Shown here one piece after another: positions 13,063 through 25,846 of a stretch of 64,000 nucleotides of DNA (within the stretch, counting starts at the first letter, position 1; the number at the start of each line of letters is the position of its first letter). A program made the position numbers and the translations under genes. Origin of the DNA: Eledone cirrhosa (lineage: Eukaryota); NCBI GenBank assembly GCA_964016885.1, contig OZ024747.1, positions 46,004,001-46,068,000 on the forward strand, read 5' to 3'. The notes under the pieces are model-generated. The model saw only the letters and a program-made list of their open reading frames with translations. It was not told the origin of the DNA and searched no databases.

Positions 13063-16000
13063 CTACAGGTTTATAAACAGAGAAGGCCCAACCACTCGGG
13101 CCATTTTCGCTTCATTCACCCACCTTTTAGTAAATTTACTGGGGTGCAGTGCCTCTCTCTCCTCCCTGATTCTCCTTCTAAAGTGATACTTAAAGAAGGG
13201 AATCAATTGTTGTCCGGAGAGAAAGGCATCTGTCCTCAGTCCTCTCAACCTCGTCCACCATATAACTTCTTTCACCATAGCCACCGTACAGAGGAAAACC
13301 GCCTCTCTTTCGTTTTTGAAAGAGGCTGGCGGTTTGATCCTTAGTATGGACTCGGCAGTCAACTGGATTTGTCCCATACGCGACAGCAATTGTTCTGCAT
13401 AGTTCCACAGGTCGGTTACGCCCGGGCAGTGTACAATTGCGTGCAGGACTGTTTCAATGTCCTGCGCGCATCTTGGACACGTCCTCTTGGAAGGATCCCT
13501 GCCGGGGCGTCCGTGCCTGTAGATCTTGTCACGAACCGGTAGAGCTCCTCGGTAGCACTGCCAGGCCAGGGACCTCTGGAAGTTGTCCATAGGTCCCGGG
13601 CGGAAAGTCCTACCAAACAGACTGGTGAGCTCATCGTCTTCGACGCCCAGAGTCTCTCCGAGCACGTCGTCGCCCTTGTAACGTACAATCCCTCTATAGA
13701 ATGTCGAAGTGGAGTCTCCACTGATTGCTGCGCCCGCTTGCCAGAGGACTGTGAGCACCTGAGCGCATTCAATGTGCCAGGCGCCCATCGTTTTCGGTCT
13801 TTTCTTCACCGGTGCCCACACCGGTTGGGGGTCGGTGAGGAATACCTGGAGATGCCGCAGCCTCAGCGCATGTTTGCGCATCATCAGCCATGGCATTCCC
13901 AGCCCTCCGTTGGAAGGGTGCTGACAGTAGACGGATCTCCTCACCAGCGGAGCCTGCTTCTGCCACAGAAACTGGAAGAGCATGCGTTCCATCTTGGCGA
14001 GGTGTTCACGGGGACAAGGCACGACAGTCAAGCGGTAGTAGATGACGGGCGCTATGAAAGTGTTCGCCACCTCCGCTCGACCTTTCAAGGACAGTTTGCA
14101 CTCTGCCCACTTCTGGGTGAGTGCAAACACCTTCGACATGACCTCGTTCCAGTTTTTCTCCACCTAGAGGTCTGGACCGAACCAGACCCCGAGCAATTTC
14201 ACCGGTCCGTCCGTCCAGCGTCCAACGACGCTGTCGGACGTCATCGGTTTGCCTCTCCACGTACCGAGTTGCAAACCGACATACTTGTCCGGGTTTAGTT
14301 TTTCTCCCGTCAGCGTTTAGTTTTGCTCCCGTCAGCGTTTCGTATTATTTCAGTAAGTTGCCGATCACCCCGATTTCCGAGGTGCTCGACACCATTACCG
14401 TCACGTCGTCGGCATAAGCCGACGCCGCTTTGCGCAGTCCCGGTTCTAGAGGGATGCCCTGCAACAGCTCCAATTTCTGCAGTAGTGGCTCTAGAGTAAA
14501 TACATACAGAATGGAGGAGAGAGGGCACCCCTGTCGAATGGAACGCGTGATTGCGAACGGCTCCGATAGGTAGCCGTTCACCTTGACTCTCGACTCTCGA
14601 GCAGATGCTGGTGTGCATCGCCTCGATCCATCCTCTGAACACGGGACCGAAACCGGCCGCCTTGAGAACCGCTTCCAAGTATCGATGGTCGACCCTATCG
14701 AATGCCTTAGACTGATCCAAGTTGATCAGAGCCCCACCGAAGCCGGGTTTACTACCCACCCTCTCTATGATGTATCGCATGAGGTGGAGGTTGTCGTGTA
14801 TGGACCTGGTCGGGATAGCACACGTTTGCGCTTTCCTTACCAGGTTCTCGACGACAAGCGCCAACCTCGTCGTTAGCACCTTGGCCAAAATCTTTAACTC
14901 TGTGTTGAGCAGAGTTATGGGCCTGAAGTTGTTAATCTCGTCTTTCCTGATCAGCGTTACTACGCCCTTGCCTGCAGAACCGGGAATTCTCCCGTTCTGC
15001 TGCCAATTGCAGTAGACGGCTTCGAGGACGCTAGAGAACAAGTCCGGCATGCCTATGTAAAATTTTTAGGGTAGACCATCTAGACCGGGTGACTTGCGTT
15101 TCCCGCAGCGGCCCAGAGCGTCCCGTATCTCAGTGTCCGTGATCGGTCTTTCGCAGAACTCGGCGTCCGTGTTCGAGAGACGCGGCAGGCCGTCGAGGTA
15201 TGAACTAAAGTCCATTGCCCCGTTCGGCTCACCGTCGTTCTGCTCAAACAGTCGCGCAAAGTGCCGCTGAAAGGCCGCGCACATTTGCTTGGGGTCAAGT
15301 AGCACGCGTCCGTTTTGGTCTTTCAAAGACAGAATCGTGGACTTGTTGCTACTTTTTGCCTCGGGCCCAGCTGACAGCTTTCGCTCCTTCGTTTCCTAGA
15401 GCACGTGTTTTGCTTCTGACCACGCAGCCTTCGTGCTTCGCATCGAAGAACTGGTCCAGTGCCGTTCTCGACGCTAACACTCTAGCCGCGTTGCCACTTC
15501 TAAGTGCCTCCTCTACCTTGGCTACTAGTTCTCTTTCTATTCTGTTTTTCTCTAAGGCTAACTCTCTGCTATACCCTATCGTTCTATTCTAATTGCTTTC
15601 TTGAGAGAGTACCACCATCTATTGTTGACGATGGCTCGCGTTAACTGTTGCTTGACTAGTCTACTTATCCGTTCACTGTAAGCTTTATGTGCCGGCAACG
15701 ACACGTTCAGCTTCCAGTATCCGGGACCCTGTCTATGTATTCTATCACGGTTGACTAAGCAGACGACTAACTTGTGATCTGAATAGGCAACCATGTGCAT
15801 TCGTGGACAGTTTAACATCTCCTTGTCCCTTTCTCTAATGAAGAACCTATCTAAATACGATCTAGATGTCCCACTGCGGTTTGCCCACGTCCACTGTGGT
15901 GCAGTCGGGAAATCCAGTCGATACCTATCGGCCAGTTGGAATTGGCCGATTAAAGTGTTGAGGCTGTTGCACCTCCCTCTACTGGGTCATGCTCCCACAT

Positions 16001-16460
16001 AGTCCCATCGTGCATCTAGGATACCATTCCAGTCCCCCACTAAAAGTAAGGAGCGAGACGTTCCCAGAAAAGACTCTAGACGCTTAAAGAAGTCTGGCCG
16101 TGATTGCGATTGCCCGGTCGGGGCATAAACGGCCACCAGTCTGAAGGCTCCACCTCCGATACTATTCACGTCTAGGACTAACAGTCTACCCTCCGGGTCC
16201 AAGTGTACTTTCTGTACTCCGACGTCCAGGTTCTTCCGAAACATGACAGCCACTCCACCTCCACCTCCTGGCTGATAGAGAGATGCGTAGATCTCAAAGT
16301 CGTCGAAGATGGGAGTTAGTTGCTGCCTGTTGTGGATCCTGGACTCGGTGATGGCTATCACATCCATACTGTGTGACCTAAGGTCGTTTAAAAGTTGGCC
16401 CTGTTTCTAGGGCATCCCTAGGCCACGCACATTCACGGTTCCAACTCGTAAACTAGCCAT
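13063..16460 (-). pseudogene. Tx1 copy A ORF2 (APE endonuclease, RT, C-terminal zinc finger), disrupted
   Basis: ITESR, LVGDWN, YSDHKLV, KSPGLDGLP, FRPITLLN, DQSKAFDRV, QGCPLS, AYADD, CPRC..H..C; stops, frameshifts and a ~22-bp duplication near 14293-14340. Confidence 0.92.
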
Positions 16461-16501
16461 GTTGGTGAAGAAAAGTTGGAGAAAAAGGACGAAAGGTGCA
16501 C

Positions 16502-18353
16502 TTACCTTTTCGTTTCCTGGAGATCGGGTTGTTCAATCTCCATTTGGGTGCTGGATGGGGTGTTGGGTGGGGTGGAGAAACATTTTAACAGGACGCGATT
16601 GATGGGTTTGTGGCAGGGGTTGCCCACGTTCTGTGAAAATTTATTTTTTAGGTCATTATAGGTTTCCATAGGAACCCTTATAAGTTTAAGGTGTAGAGAC
16701 GATTCTGCCTTGACGAAAGTTTTGCCCTCCGTCTCCACCTCGGGGTTTTGGGAGATGACCTCCATCAAACTCTTGTTGTTTGTGTTGATGTATGCGTATT
16801 GTTGTTTGTGTTTTTTGTGTTGTTTTAGTTTGTTGTTCGTCCGGGAGTTTTCTTTTTATGGTGAGTGCTTGTGTTTGGGGTGGTGTTGGTGCTGGTTTTG
16901 CTGATAGGAGGATGTTTGACTGTGGCGTTGTTTGTGTTGTTGTTTGTGTCTGTGGTTGTGTGTTGGTGTTGGTGTTTGAGTTTTGGGGATTTTGTGGTGT
17001 CTCTTTTTTGTTTTTTAGATTTCCGCGGTTCTACCTCTTCTTCACTTAAAGAAGGAGAAGCAGCTTCATCCATCAATGAATAATCATCGTCAGGTGGGTG
17101 GGGTAAGGGTATGTTGTGTGGTGGTGGTATTTGATGGAGTGGGATGGAATGGGGCTGTGTTCTTCAGGGGTGTTGTCTCTGTTTTTTCTGTTGTTGTTGG
17201 TTGAGTGTCTGTTTGTTTTGGTGTGGTTGCTCGTTTCGTCTGTCGTTGTACTTGTGGTGGTGGTGGTTGTTTTAGTGTTGGTGTTGGTAATAGCGTTTTT
17301 TTTATGATGTTGTTGTTGTGTGTTTGTGGACAAGAGGCTTTTAGGTGTGCTGTGCTATCACAGCGAAAGCAATGAAATTTTCGTCCTTCTACCGAAATGT
17401 TTATTTTGTTGTTATTATCGATAACGACTCTTTCGGGTATTTTGGAGATTCTCTCCGGTTTCATTTGCAACAGAATCTCCAAATCTGTGCCCGCCCACCT
17501 TTGTCGAATAGACTTTCGTATCGAAAGTATCATATCAGTTTCTGGCTCTACGAAGCCAGCCAAGATCCACCAGATGTTAATGTTTGGAGGTATGTTTTTT
17601 ATTTTTATTTTTTGTGTCCTTTTTCCCATGTATGTAGGGAAAAAGGTGTACGCTTTTGACACCATTGGTGTCACAGAGTTTTTTGGGCGAGTGCCTCGCT
17701 TTTAAACAGTACGGAAACACTTCCGTACTGTTTTCCTCGCTGGAGAAAATCGACATTTGCTAGAATTTCCTTGAAAGCATCTTCTATATCTGCTTGGTTA
17801 ACAAATGTCGGCTTTCTTGTGGAATTTGACACAGTCCTAAAGGTGACTGATCTGCGGATTGTGTCTTCCTTTATTTCAAGGGGTGAGTTAATTCTAAACC
17901 CACCTCTTTCTTCGAAAGTTACAAATTTTCTCCCTTGCTGGAGCATATCTCTTGCGTTGGAGATATCAAGATTTATAAAATCTTGTTTTTTGTTCACTGT
18001 TTCAGCGAAAGACATTTTCTATTTTTTGTGTGGTGTTGCTGTTGTTGTTGTTATCGTTGTTGGAAATCTCAGTTCCTTGTCGAAGTGAAACATTATGTGT
18101 ATATGTATCTGTAGAGTTGTTGGTGTCTTTTTTTCATGTGTATGTATGTTAATTGGTTTAATTCCTGTGTTTTCCTGTGTGTTATTGTAATTTTTTCCGC
18201 TGAGACGGTAGAAATTTTAAAATTTTCAAGTGCTAATATATTTTTCTCTTTGTTGACACTTGTATCTATGGCGACGTCCATAGTAGCAGAAGCAGATATA
18301 ACGTTAATATCTGCCTCTTTCTCTCTCTTTTCTCTATTAACGTTCTCCAGCAT
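16502..18353 (-). pseudogene. Tx1 copy A ORF1 (gag-like, zinc knuckle), disrupted
   Basis: Fragments homologous to copy B ORF1 (YMGKRTQ, INISVEGR, CCHC knuckle, KPINRVLLK). Confidence 0.85.
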
Positions 18354-18760
18354 TAATTTTAAAATAAAATGTTCGCCCCTACAGGGTCGAAAAATGGGAT
18401 TACCACCCGGCTGACAATTCAGCTTGGGGTTAATCTACAAAGTGTTATGTTTTTTCAAACAATTAGTTCGGTTTTTTGCATAGAAATTAACAAAAAAGCT
18501 TACCGGCGATTTTCCACATGTCAAACAGAAAGATAGATAGATATATTTCTTTATTTACCATAAAGGCATAAAAAGAAGGGACAAATACAAAGGGGGAGTT
18601 TACATACAATCGAGTAAAAAGGGTGTAGCATGAAAATAATCGAAAATAACCTCAAAAGGGAGGGGACGTGATGGGGGTTGCACACACCCCCGAAAAAGTG
18701 TGCCAACCTTTGCCCGGGGAGCACATGGAGAAGGTGCTCCCCTCTCCTTTCCTTCTTTAC

Positions 18761-21700
18761 CTACAGGATGGTATACAGAGAAGGCCCATTTACACGAGCC
18801 ATTCTCGCCACTATCACCCACCTTTCATAAAACTGCCTGTGGCCAAGCACCTCTCTCGCCATTCTTATCCTTCTTCCGAAGTGATATCGGAAGAAGTAGA
18901 CCAGACTATGGCCAGAGAGGAAGTTGCCTGACCTCAGACCTTTCAATCGTGTCCACCAAACAACCTCTTTCAACATGGCTATTACGCACAGAAAAACCGC
19001 CTTTGCTTCCTTTGTGAAGAGGGGAGGCGGTTTGATTGTCATCACGGACTCGGCGGTCAATTGAATCGGCGCCACACGCGACAGCAGTCGTTCGGCGTAG
19101 CCCCACAGATCAGCCACGCCCGGACATTGCACCAATGCGTGCGCAACGGTTTCTTCGTGACGCACGCATCTAGGGCAAATCTTTTTTGAGGGATCCCTGC
19201 CCGGGCGCCCGTGTCTGTAGAGCCTCTCTCGAACGGGTAGAGCCCCTCGGTAACACTGCCAGGCCAGTGACTTCTGGAAGTTGTCCATTGGTCCTGGGCC
19301 GAAAGTCCTACCGAACAGGCTGGCCAGTTCGTCTTCTTCCATGTCCAGCGACTCTCCAAGGGTGTCATCGCCCCTGCTAGCCACCAGCCCTCTATAGAAT
19401 GATGAGGTGGATTCTCCACCGATGGCTTGGCTCGCTTGCCAGAGAGCCCTGAGCGCCTGAGCACACTAGTGTGCCAGTCTCCCAGTTTTCCAGATCTTTG
19501 CTTGACCCAGGACTGTAGCTCGGTGAGCGAGACGAGTCTCGGAAAGGCTCGTTTCACGAACGGAGCCCACACCGGTTGACCAGTGAGGAATACCTGTAGG
19601 TGCCGTAGCCTTAATGCGTGCCTACGCATCATCAACCACGGCATCCCCAGCCCTCCTTTCGAAGGTTGTTGGCAGCAGATGGATCTTCTCACCATAGGAG
19701 GGCGCTTCTTCCAAAGAAATTGGAAGAGCATGCGTTCCATGGTGGTGAGTGTTTCCTTAGGGCAAGGCACGACAGTCAGGCGGTAGTAAGTGACGGACGC
19801 TATGTAAATGTTCGCCACCTCCGCCCGGCCTTTTAGGGACAGCTTACACTTGGCCCATTTCTGGGTTAGTGCAAACACCTTGTTCGTAACCTCGTTCCAG
19901 TTCTTTTCCACCTGGAGATCCGGTCCAAACAAGACCCCAAGCAACTTTACCGGGCCCTCCGTCCAGTATCCGACGACACCGTCGGGAGGCATCGGTTTGC
20001 CTCTCCACGTTCCGAGTTGCAGCCCGATGTATTTTTCCCGGTTCAGTTTCGCTCCTGACAACCTTTCGTAATCCTCCAGTATGGTACCGATCGCCTCGAT
20101 CTCCGAGTCGGTCGATACCATTACTTTTACGTCATCAGCGTAGGCCGACACCGCTTTGCTCAATCCTGGTTCCAGGGGGATACCCTGCAACAACTCCAAC
20201 TTCCTCAGTAAAGGCTCGAGAGTCAATACGTACAGAAGGGAGGAGAGAGGGCACCCCTGTCGAATGGATCGTGTGATTTCGAACGACTTCGAAAGGTAGC
20301 CGTTCACCTTGATCCTAGAACAGATGTGGTTGCTATGTAAGGCAGTGATCCAGCCTCTGAAAACAGGACCGAACCCAGCCGCCGCTAGCACCGCATCCAG
20401 GTAACCATGGTCGACCCTATCGAAGGCCTTAGACTGATCCAAGTTGATCAGGGCCCCACCGAAGCCGGGTTTGTTGCCAACCCTCTCTATGATGTATCGC
20501 ATGAGGTGGAGGTTATCGTGAATGGACCTGGATGGGATAGCACATGTCTGCGCATCTCCCACCAGGCCACCCACGACAAGCGCCAACCTCTTTGCTAACA
20601 CCTTGGCCAAAATTTTTAACTCTGTGTTTAGCAGAGTTATGGGCCGAAAATTATTTATACTATCTCCCTTGTTCTCGTCCTTCCTCACCAGCGTGACGAC
20701 GCCCTTGGCTACAGAACAAGGAATTCTCCCGTTCTGCTGCCAATTGCAGTAGACCGCTTCGAGGAGTTCGGAGAAGAAGACCGGCATTGCTAAATAAAGT
20801 TCGTAAGGTATACCATCGTGACCTGGAGATTTGCGTCTGCTGCATTGGCTCAGCGCATCTCCGATCTCATCAGCCGAGATTGGTCCCTCGCAGGACTCTG
20901 CCTCTTCGCTCGAGAGACGCGGCAGGCCGTCGAGGTATGGACCGAAATCCACGCCCCCGCCCGAACCCTCGCCTCCCCCGAAAAATCGGGCAAAGTGCCT
21001 TTGAAAGGCCTCGCACATCTGCTTAGGCTCCCGGATCACCCGTCCATCTTCGTCTTGCAACGACCGGATGGTAGATCGATTTCCACTCTTAGCTTCTGTC
21101 ACGCGGGCCCAGCCAACGGCTTTGGCCCCCTCATTACCTAGAGCACGTATTTTACTTCGAATGACGCAGCCTTCGTGCTTTGCATCGAAAAACTGGTTCA
21201 AGGCCGTCCTCGATGCCAGCACTCTGGCCACATCTTCGCTCTTGATTGCCTCTTCTAATTTACCTGTTAATTCTTTCTCGTTTCTATTCCTATCGGCAGC
21301 TAACATCTTGCTATAACTTATTGATTCTGTTCTAATCTCTCTTTTGAGAGATGCCCACCATCGGTTGTTGACGATTGCACCCGTCAACCTCTCCTTAACT
21401 AATCTGCTAATCCGGTTTCTGTAAGTCTCTTTTGCCGGTAAAGACAAATTAAGTTTCCAGTAACCGGGACCCTGTTTATGTGTTTTCTCGAGATTGACTA
21501 CGCAGGTCACTAATTTGTGATCCGTGTAGCCAGCCGTGCGCATTTCTGGACAGCTTAATATGTCCCTATCCTTACTTCTAACTAAGAATCTATCTAAGTA
21601 CGATCTAGATTGACCACTGTGGTTTCTCCAAGTCCAGGTAGGCACAGTTGGAAAATCTAGTCGATACCTATCGACCAAGTTAAAACGGTCGAGTAACCCC

Positions 21701-22197
21701 TTGAGGCTGTTACACACCCCTCTATTAGGACATGCTCCTGCATAGTCCCAACGTGCATCTAGGATGTCATTCCAATCCCCCGCTAGAAGCAGGGAACGCG
21801 ACGTTCCCAGAAAAGTCTCCAAACGCTGGAAGAAGTCGGGCCGTTCAGCTCCGAAAGGGGAGTAGACGGCGACCAGTCTCAAGGCCGCACTTTCACTACT
21901 GCCAACGTCTAGCACTAACAAACGACCCTCCGGGTCCGAGTGCACAACCTGTACGGCAAGACCCAGGTGTTTTTGCAGCAGTACGACAACCCCACCCCCA
22001 CCTCCAGGTTGACAGAGAGATGCATGCACCTCAAAGTCATCGAAGGTGGGGGCCAACTGCCGCACGACGCTGATTCGAGTCTCACAGATAACCATTACAT
22101 TTATACTACATGACCTGAGGTCATTTAGAAGCTTTGCTTGCTTCCAAGTTGAGCCCAGGCCACGTGCATTCAAACATCCTACTCTTAACACATCCAT
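18761..22197 (-). CDS. Tx1 copy B ORF2 (APE + RT + CCHC), nearly intact with one frameshift near 19460
   Basis: 1046-aa ORF with GCLNARGL, ICETR, AGDWN, SYLDRF, YTDH, RPITLLN, AYADD; C-terminus continues in the 18761-19384 frame (CPRCVRHEETVAHALVQC). Confidence 0.93.
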
Positions 22198-22230
22198 GTG
22201 GGCGGCAGAGCCAAAGGAGAGTGTAGAGAC

Positions 22231-23939
22231 CTACCTTTCCGCTTCCCGGGGTTCGGGTCGCACGACTTCCATGGGGTCGGGGGTGTTGGGTGAAGGGGTG
22301 TCTTGTGGTGGTGTGGGGTCGTCAGTGTGTGGTGGGGTTGGGGTGTTTGGAGTTGTGTTGGGGAGGGGAAGGGGAGGGAGAAAGCTTTTTAGTAGGACGC
22401 GGTTTATGGGTTTGACAGAGGGTGGTCCTACGTCCTCCTTAAAATCCTTTTTTAGTTTTTGGTAGAGGTTCATTGGGATCTTTATTAATTTTAAATGTGG
22501 GTAGTTTTCTGAAGAAACAAAGTTTACACCTTCGGTTTGTACCGAAGGATTATTGTTTATGAGTTCATTTAATTTATTATTGTTTCTGTTGATGTAAGTA
22601 TAGTGTAATGTCTTTTTTTCGGATGGTGTGAGTGTTTCGAAGAGGGGAGGGGCAGGTTTGGTTTTGTTTGTTGCTGGAGGGGTGTTTTCTGTTTTGTTGG
22701 ATTGTGTTGACATTTGGGTGTGGGTTGTTTGGCCTTGTGTGTTTTGCACATGTTTTCTTTTTTTCCTTTTACTCTGTCTGAAGGACTCCGTTTCTTCCTC
22801 CGAATTCGTTGGGTTATCTTCAGTGTTGGTAATGTTTCCGTGTTGGTTTTCTTTGTGGGGGAGATGGATGTCACTATGTTAGACTGTGTTGTGTGTTGTG
22901 TCTGCGGTGGTTGTGTTGTTTTATTGAGTGAGAGGTTGGGTGGGCCTGTATTTTGTTTTGGGGTAATGTGTTGTGACTGTTTGTGTTGTGGTGGTGGTGT
23001 GGTTTTACTGAGGGACGGGTTGGGTGGGACTGAGTTTTGTTGTTTGTTTATCTGTTGTGGTGGTGGTGGTGGAGCTGGTGTTGGTAGCAGGGTTTTCTTT
23101 TTGTTGAGTTGGGGACAAGCGGCCTTCAGGTGCCCTCTGCCTGCACAGATATGGCAGGACGGCCTTCTCCCCTCCACGCTAATGTTTATATACCCGTGGC
23201 CCTCTAATAGGATTCTGTCGGGTATTTGGGCGATGCGTTCAGGCTTCATTTGCACTACCAGCTCTTTACCTGTTCCACTGAACGCATTGCCTGTGGTTTT
23301 CCCAATGGAAATCACGTTGTCATTCACTGGATCGATGAAGCCAGCTATGAGCCAGCAGTAGTCCACATCTGGCATCATTGCATCCAGCCATATGCGTTGA
23401 GTTCTTTTACCCATATAAGATGAATAAAAGGTAAAATTTTTCGAACGAATCGGTGACAAAGCACATTTTTTTGCCGCCGATTCGTTCTTCATGATAATTG
23501 CTAGGCTTCCATACAGTCTGTCTTTTCTTATGAAAGTGGTTTCATTAAGTACTTCTGTGAGTACTGTTTTGATATCTGCTTGAGAAGGCTGTTCAGGTTT
23601 TTTTGTAGTGTTGTTGATGGTGCGGAACTTGACCGTTCGGCTTTCAATGTCTTTGGTGAATTCTTGAGGCATTTTTACCGATAAAATACCATTCTCTCCT
23701 TCACTTATGTATTGTTTGGCGTCTGTGATTCTTCGTGCCACATCTGAAATATTTTCGGGTATATAAGTCAAAGATTTCTTTGTTGTTTGTGCAAATGAAA
23801 TCTTGACTCTGTCGTCTGCTTTGCTTTCTGCTATGGTGTTATTTTCAAATGTTATTTTTGTGTCTGTTGTGTCTTTGTTTGTGGTGTTAGTATTGTCATG
23901 CAATTTTTCAAATTTTTTTTTTTCGTTGTTGGAATCCAT
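22231..23939 (-). CDS. Tx1 copy B ORF1 (zinc knuckle CHICAGRGHLKAAC), one frameshift near 22760
   Basis: 456-aa ORF plus an overlapping 172-aa ORF that carries the C-terminus conserved with copy A. Confidence 0.88.
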
Positions 23940-24349
23940 GTCCAGATTTGTGTTTTCGTCATTTTTCTCCGCAGATTCGTCTGTTTTTATTTTAATTTTT
24001 CCTTCCTTCTCTATGACGTTAGTTGGGAAGGAAGGGGGACAAAAGCGTGCGAGCTTACAACACTTACCGCTGTTCCCCCACCACTATTTTCGTTCGCTTC
24101 GTTCAACATTTTTGTCAGACGATTGAAATTTTTTTTTGACACAACATTTTTTAAAACAGGCTTTTCACCTCTAGGAGGGGTAAAGATGAGCTGACCCACC
24201 GTCTGACAGTTCAGACGGGGGGTCAAGCTACACAATGGTATCAAAATTAAATTTGAACTCACAAAATTTCCGTAATAAATTTGAACAAAACTTCTGCGCG
24301 AAGTGAATTACATCCACACTGTAGAACAGACGACAGCTAGATTATAAAC

Positions 24350-24353
<4 letters not shown>

Positions 24354-24430
<77 letters not shown>
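24354..24430. repeat. (GATA)n microsatellite
   Basis: About 19 perfect AGAT units directly at the Tx1 copy B 5' end. Confidence 0.98.
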
Positions 24431-24431
<1 letters not shown>

Positions 24432-25845
24432 GGAAAAAAGATGAAATCGAAAATGCAACTGGAGTGTTTTTTTAAATATTGATTTGGTTCCGTTACCGGT
24501 TTCGCAGTTCTTGTACTTTTCAAAAGTAGAATTGAGATGGAGGGCTTGTGGTTTTTCTCGCATCTGGTTGGTGTTCGAATGTTACTTCTGTTTTATATGG
24601 AAAAAAGTGGCTCGAAATGCTAAGTGTTTAGAAAAGTAATTTGGCTGGTTGATGCCTGTCATGTGAATAAGTATAATAAATTTCGTGCCAGTTCGCGTTA
24701 CAAATTCTTATTATATTTGCCTTTAAAAAAAAGGGCGGGGGAGGGGCTCAGAATGTTTTTTCATATAGGAGTGAAATTTGGTTGGTTGATGCAGTCACGT
24801 GAATAAGCCCATCAACTTTCGCGCCAGTTTGTGTTTGAATTTCTTTTTACTTAAAAGAAGTGGCTCAAGAAGGTTTTTTTTATATAAATGTAATTTGATT
24901 GGTTATAAATTAAATTATGACTGTCACTCGAACAAGTACATCAAATTACAGTATTTGGGAATTTTCTTTTAGCCATTTAGAGAATTTTGTGCCAAACAAA
25001 AGATAATAGTCAAGAAAAAAGAGATGGGGAGAATTGTTTTGGTTCAGTGAGTATGGCTGATGTGCTGGGGTGTCAACATTCAGACTTTCTATTGAAATAA
25101 AGACAGTAGAGATATGTATTTTTATTTGTGCGCTGGTGTGTGTGTGTGTGTGTGTGTGTGTGAGTATGTATGTAGGATGATGATTCTATCAGTAGAAATG
25201 GGGGAGGGAGTTATGTGTGTGGGGTGGGTTATATGTGTGTGTCGGAGTATGGTTAGCATGTTAAGATGGAGAGAATATATATGTGTGTGTGTGTGAGTTT
25301 GTGTAGGAAAATGATTCCGTTAGTAGAAATGGGGGGAGGGAGTTATGTGTGGGGTGGGGGGTATGGTTAACATGTTAAGGTGTTAGAGTATTAACGTATG
25401 TTAAGGTTTATTTAGTTCTGGTTTTTATTTTCTAAAGAAGGTGTTATGTGTGTGTATGTATGTATGTATGTGTCTGTTTGGATGGTTAGCATGTTATGGT
25501 GTTAACATAATGTATATTAAACTATATTTAGTGCTGGTCTATATTTTTGAATAAACATATTTTCTTTCTTTATTTGTATTGTCAGCGCAAAGTTAAAATG
25601 GGAAGACTTAGAATTTGGGTGTCTTATCACTTGCGCATATGTCTAGATGTGCACTGAGTGGTATCTGTCTTGTGGTAGGGTCTCGTAATTGTTGGCGATG
25701 AATTGTCATTCTGTTTCTGAGTGTGAGTTTAGTTTGTCCTATATAATCTTCATTTTTTTAAAGGTAAATATAATAAGAACCTTGTAACGCGAACTGGCGC
25801 GAAATGTATTATACTCATTCATATGACAGTCATCAACCAACCAAA
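24429..25845 (-). mobile_element. 5'-truncated PLE: GIY-YIG remnant, repeat-rich 3' region, variant HHR and inverted upstream piece
   Basis: Minus strand 25751-25527 reads EDYIGQTKLTLRNRMTIHRQQLRDPTTRQIPLSAHL...FIQKYRPALN; 25784-25845 is the reverse complement of ~24639-24701; the end also occurs at 4310-4460 and inverted at 12722-12788. Confidence 0.8.
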
Positions 25846-25846
25846 T

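Larger units (their letters stand above)
12828..18531 (-). mobile_element. Full-length, decayed Tx1-like (L1 clade) LINE, copy A, in (GATA)n
   Basis: ORF1 with CCHC knuckle CFRCDSTAHLKASC; ORF2 APE-RT-CCHC; 3' end GTGGCTAATAAAGAAATC runs into TATC repeats; 5' end TTTCTGTTT follows TATC repeats. Confidence 0.92.
18545..24354 (-). mobile_element. Full-length Tx1-like LINE, copy B, head-to-tail with copy A in (GATA)n
   Basis: ORF1 + ORF2; 3' end GGTAAATAAAGAAAT then ~13 nt of TATC repeat before the copy A 5' end; 5' end TTTCTGTTT abuts (GATA)n at 24354-24430. Confidence 0.94.
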
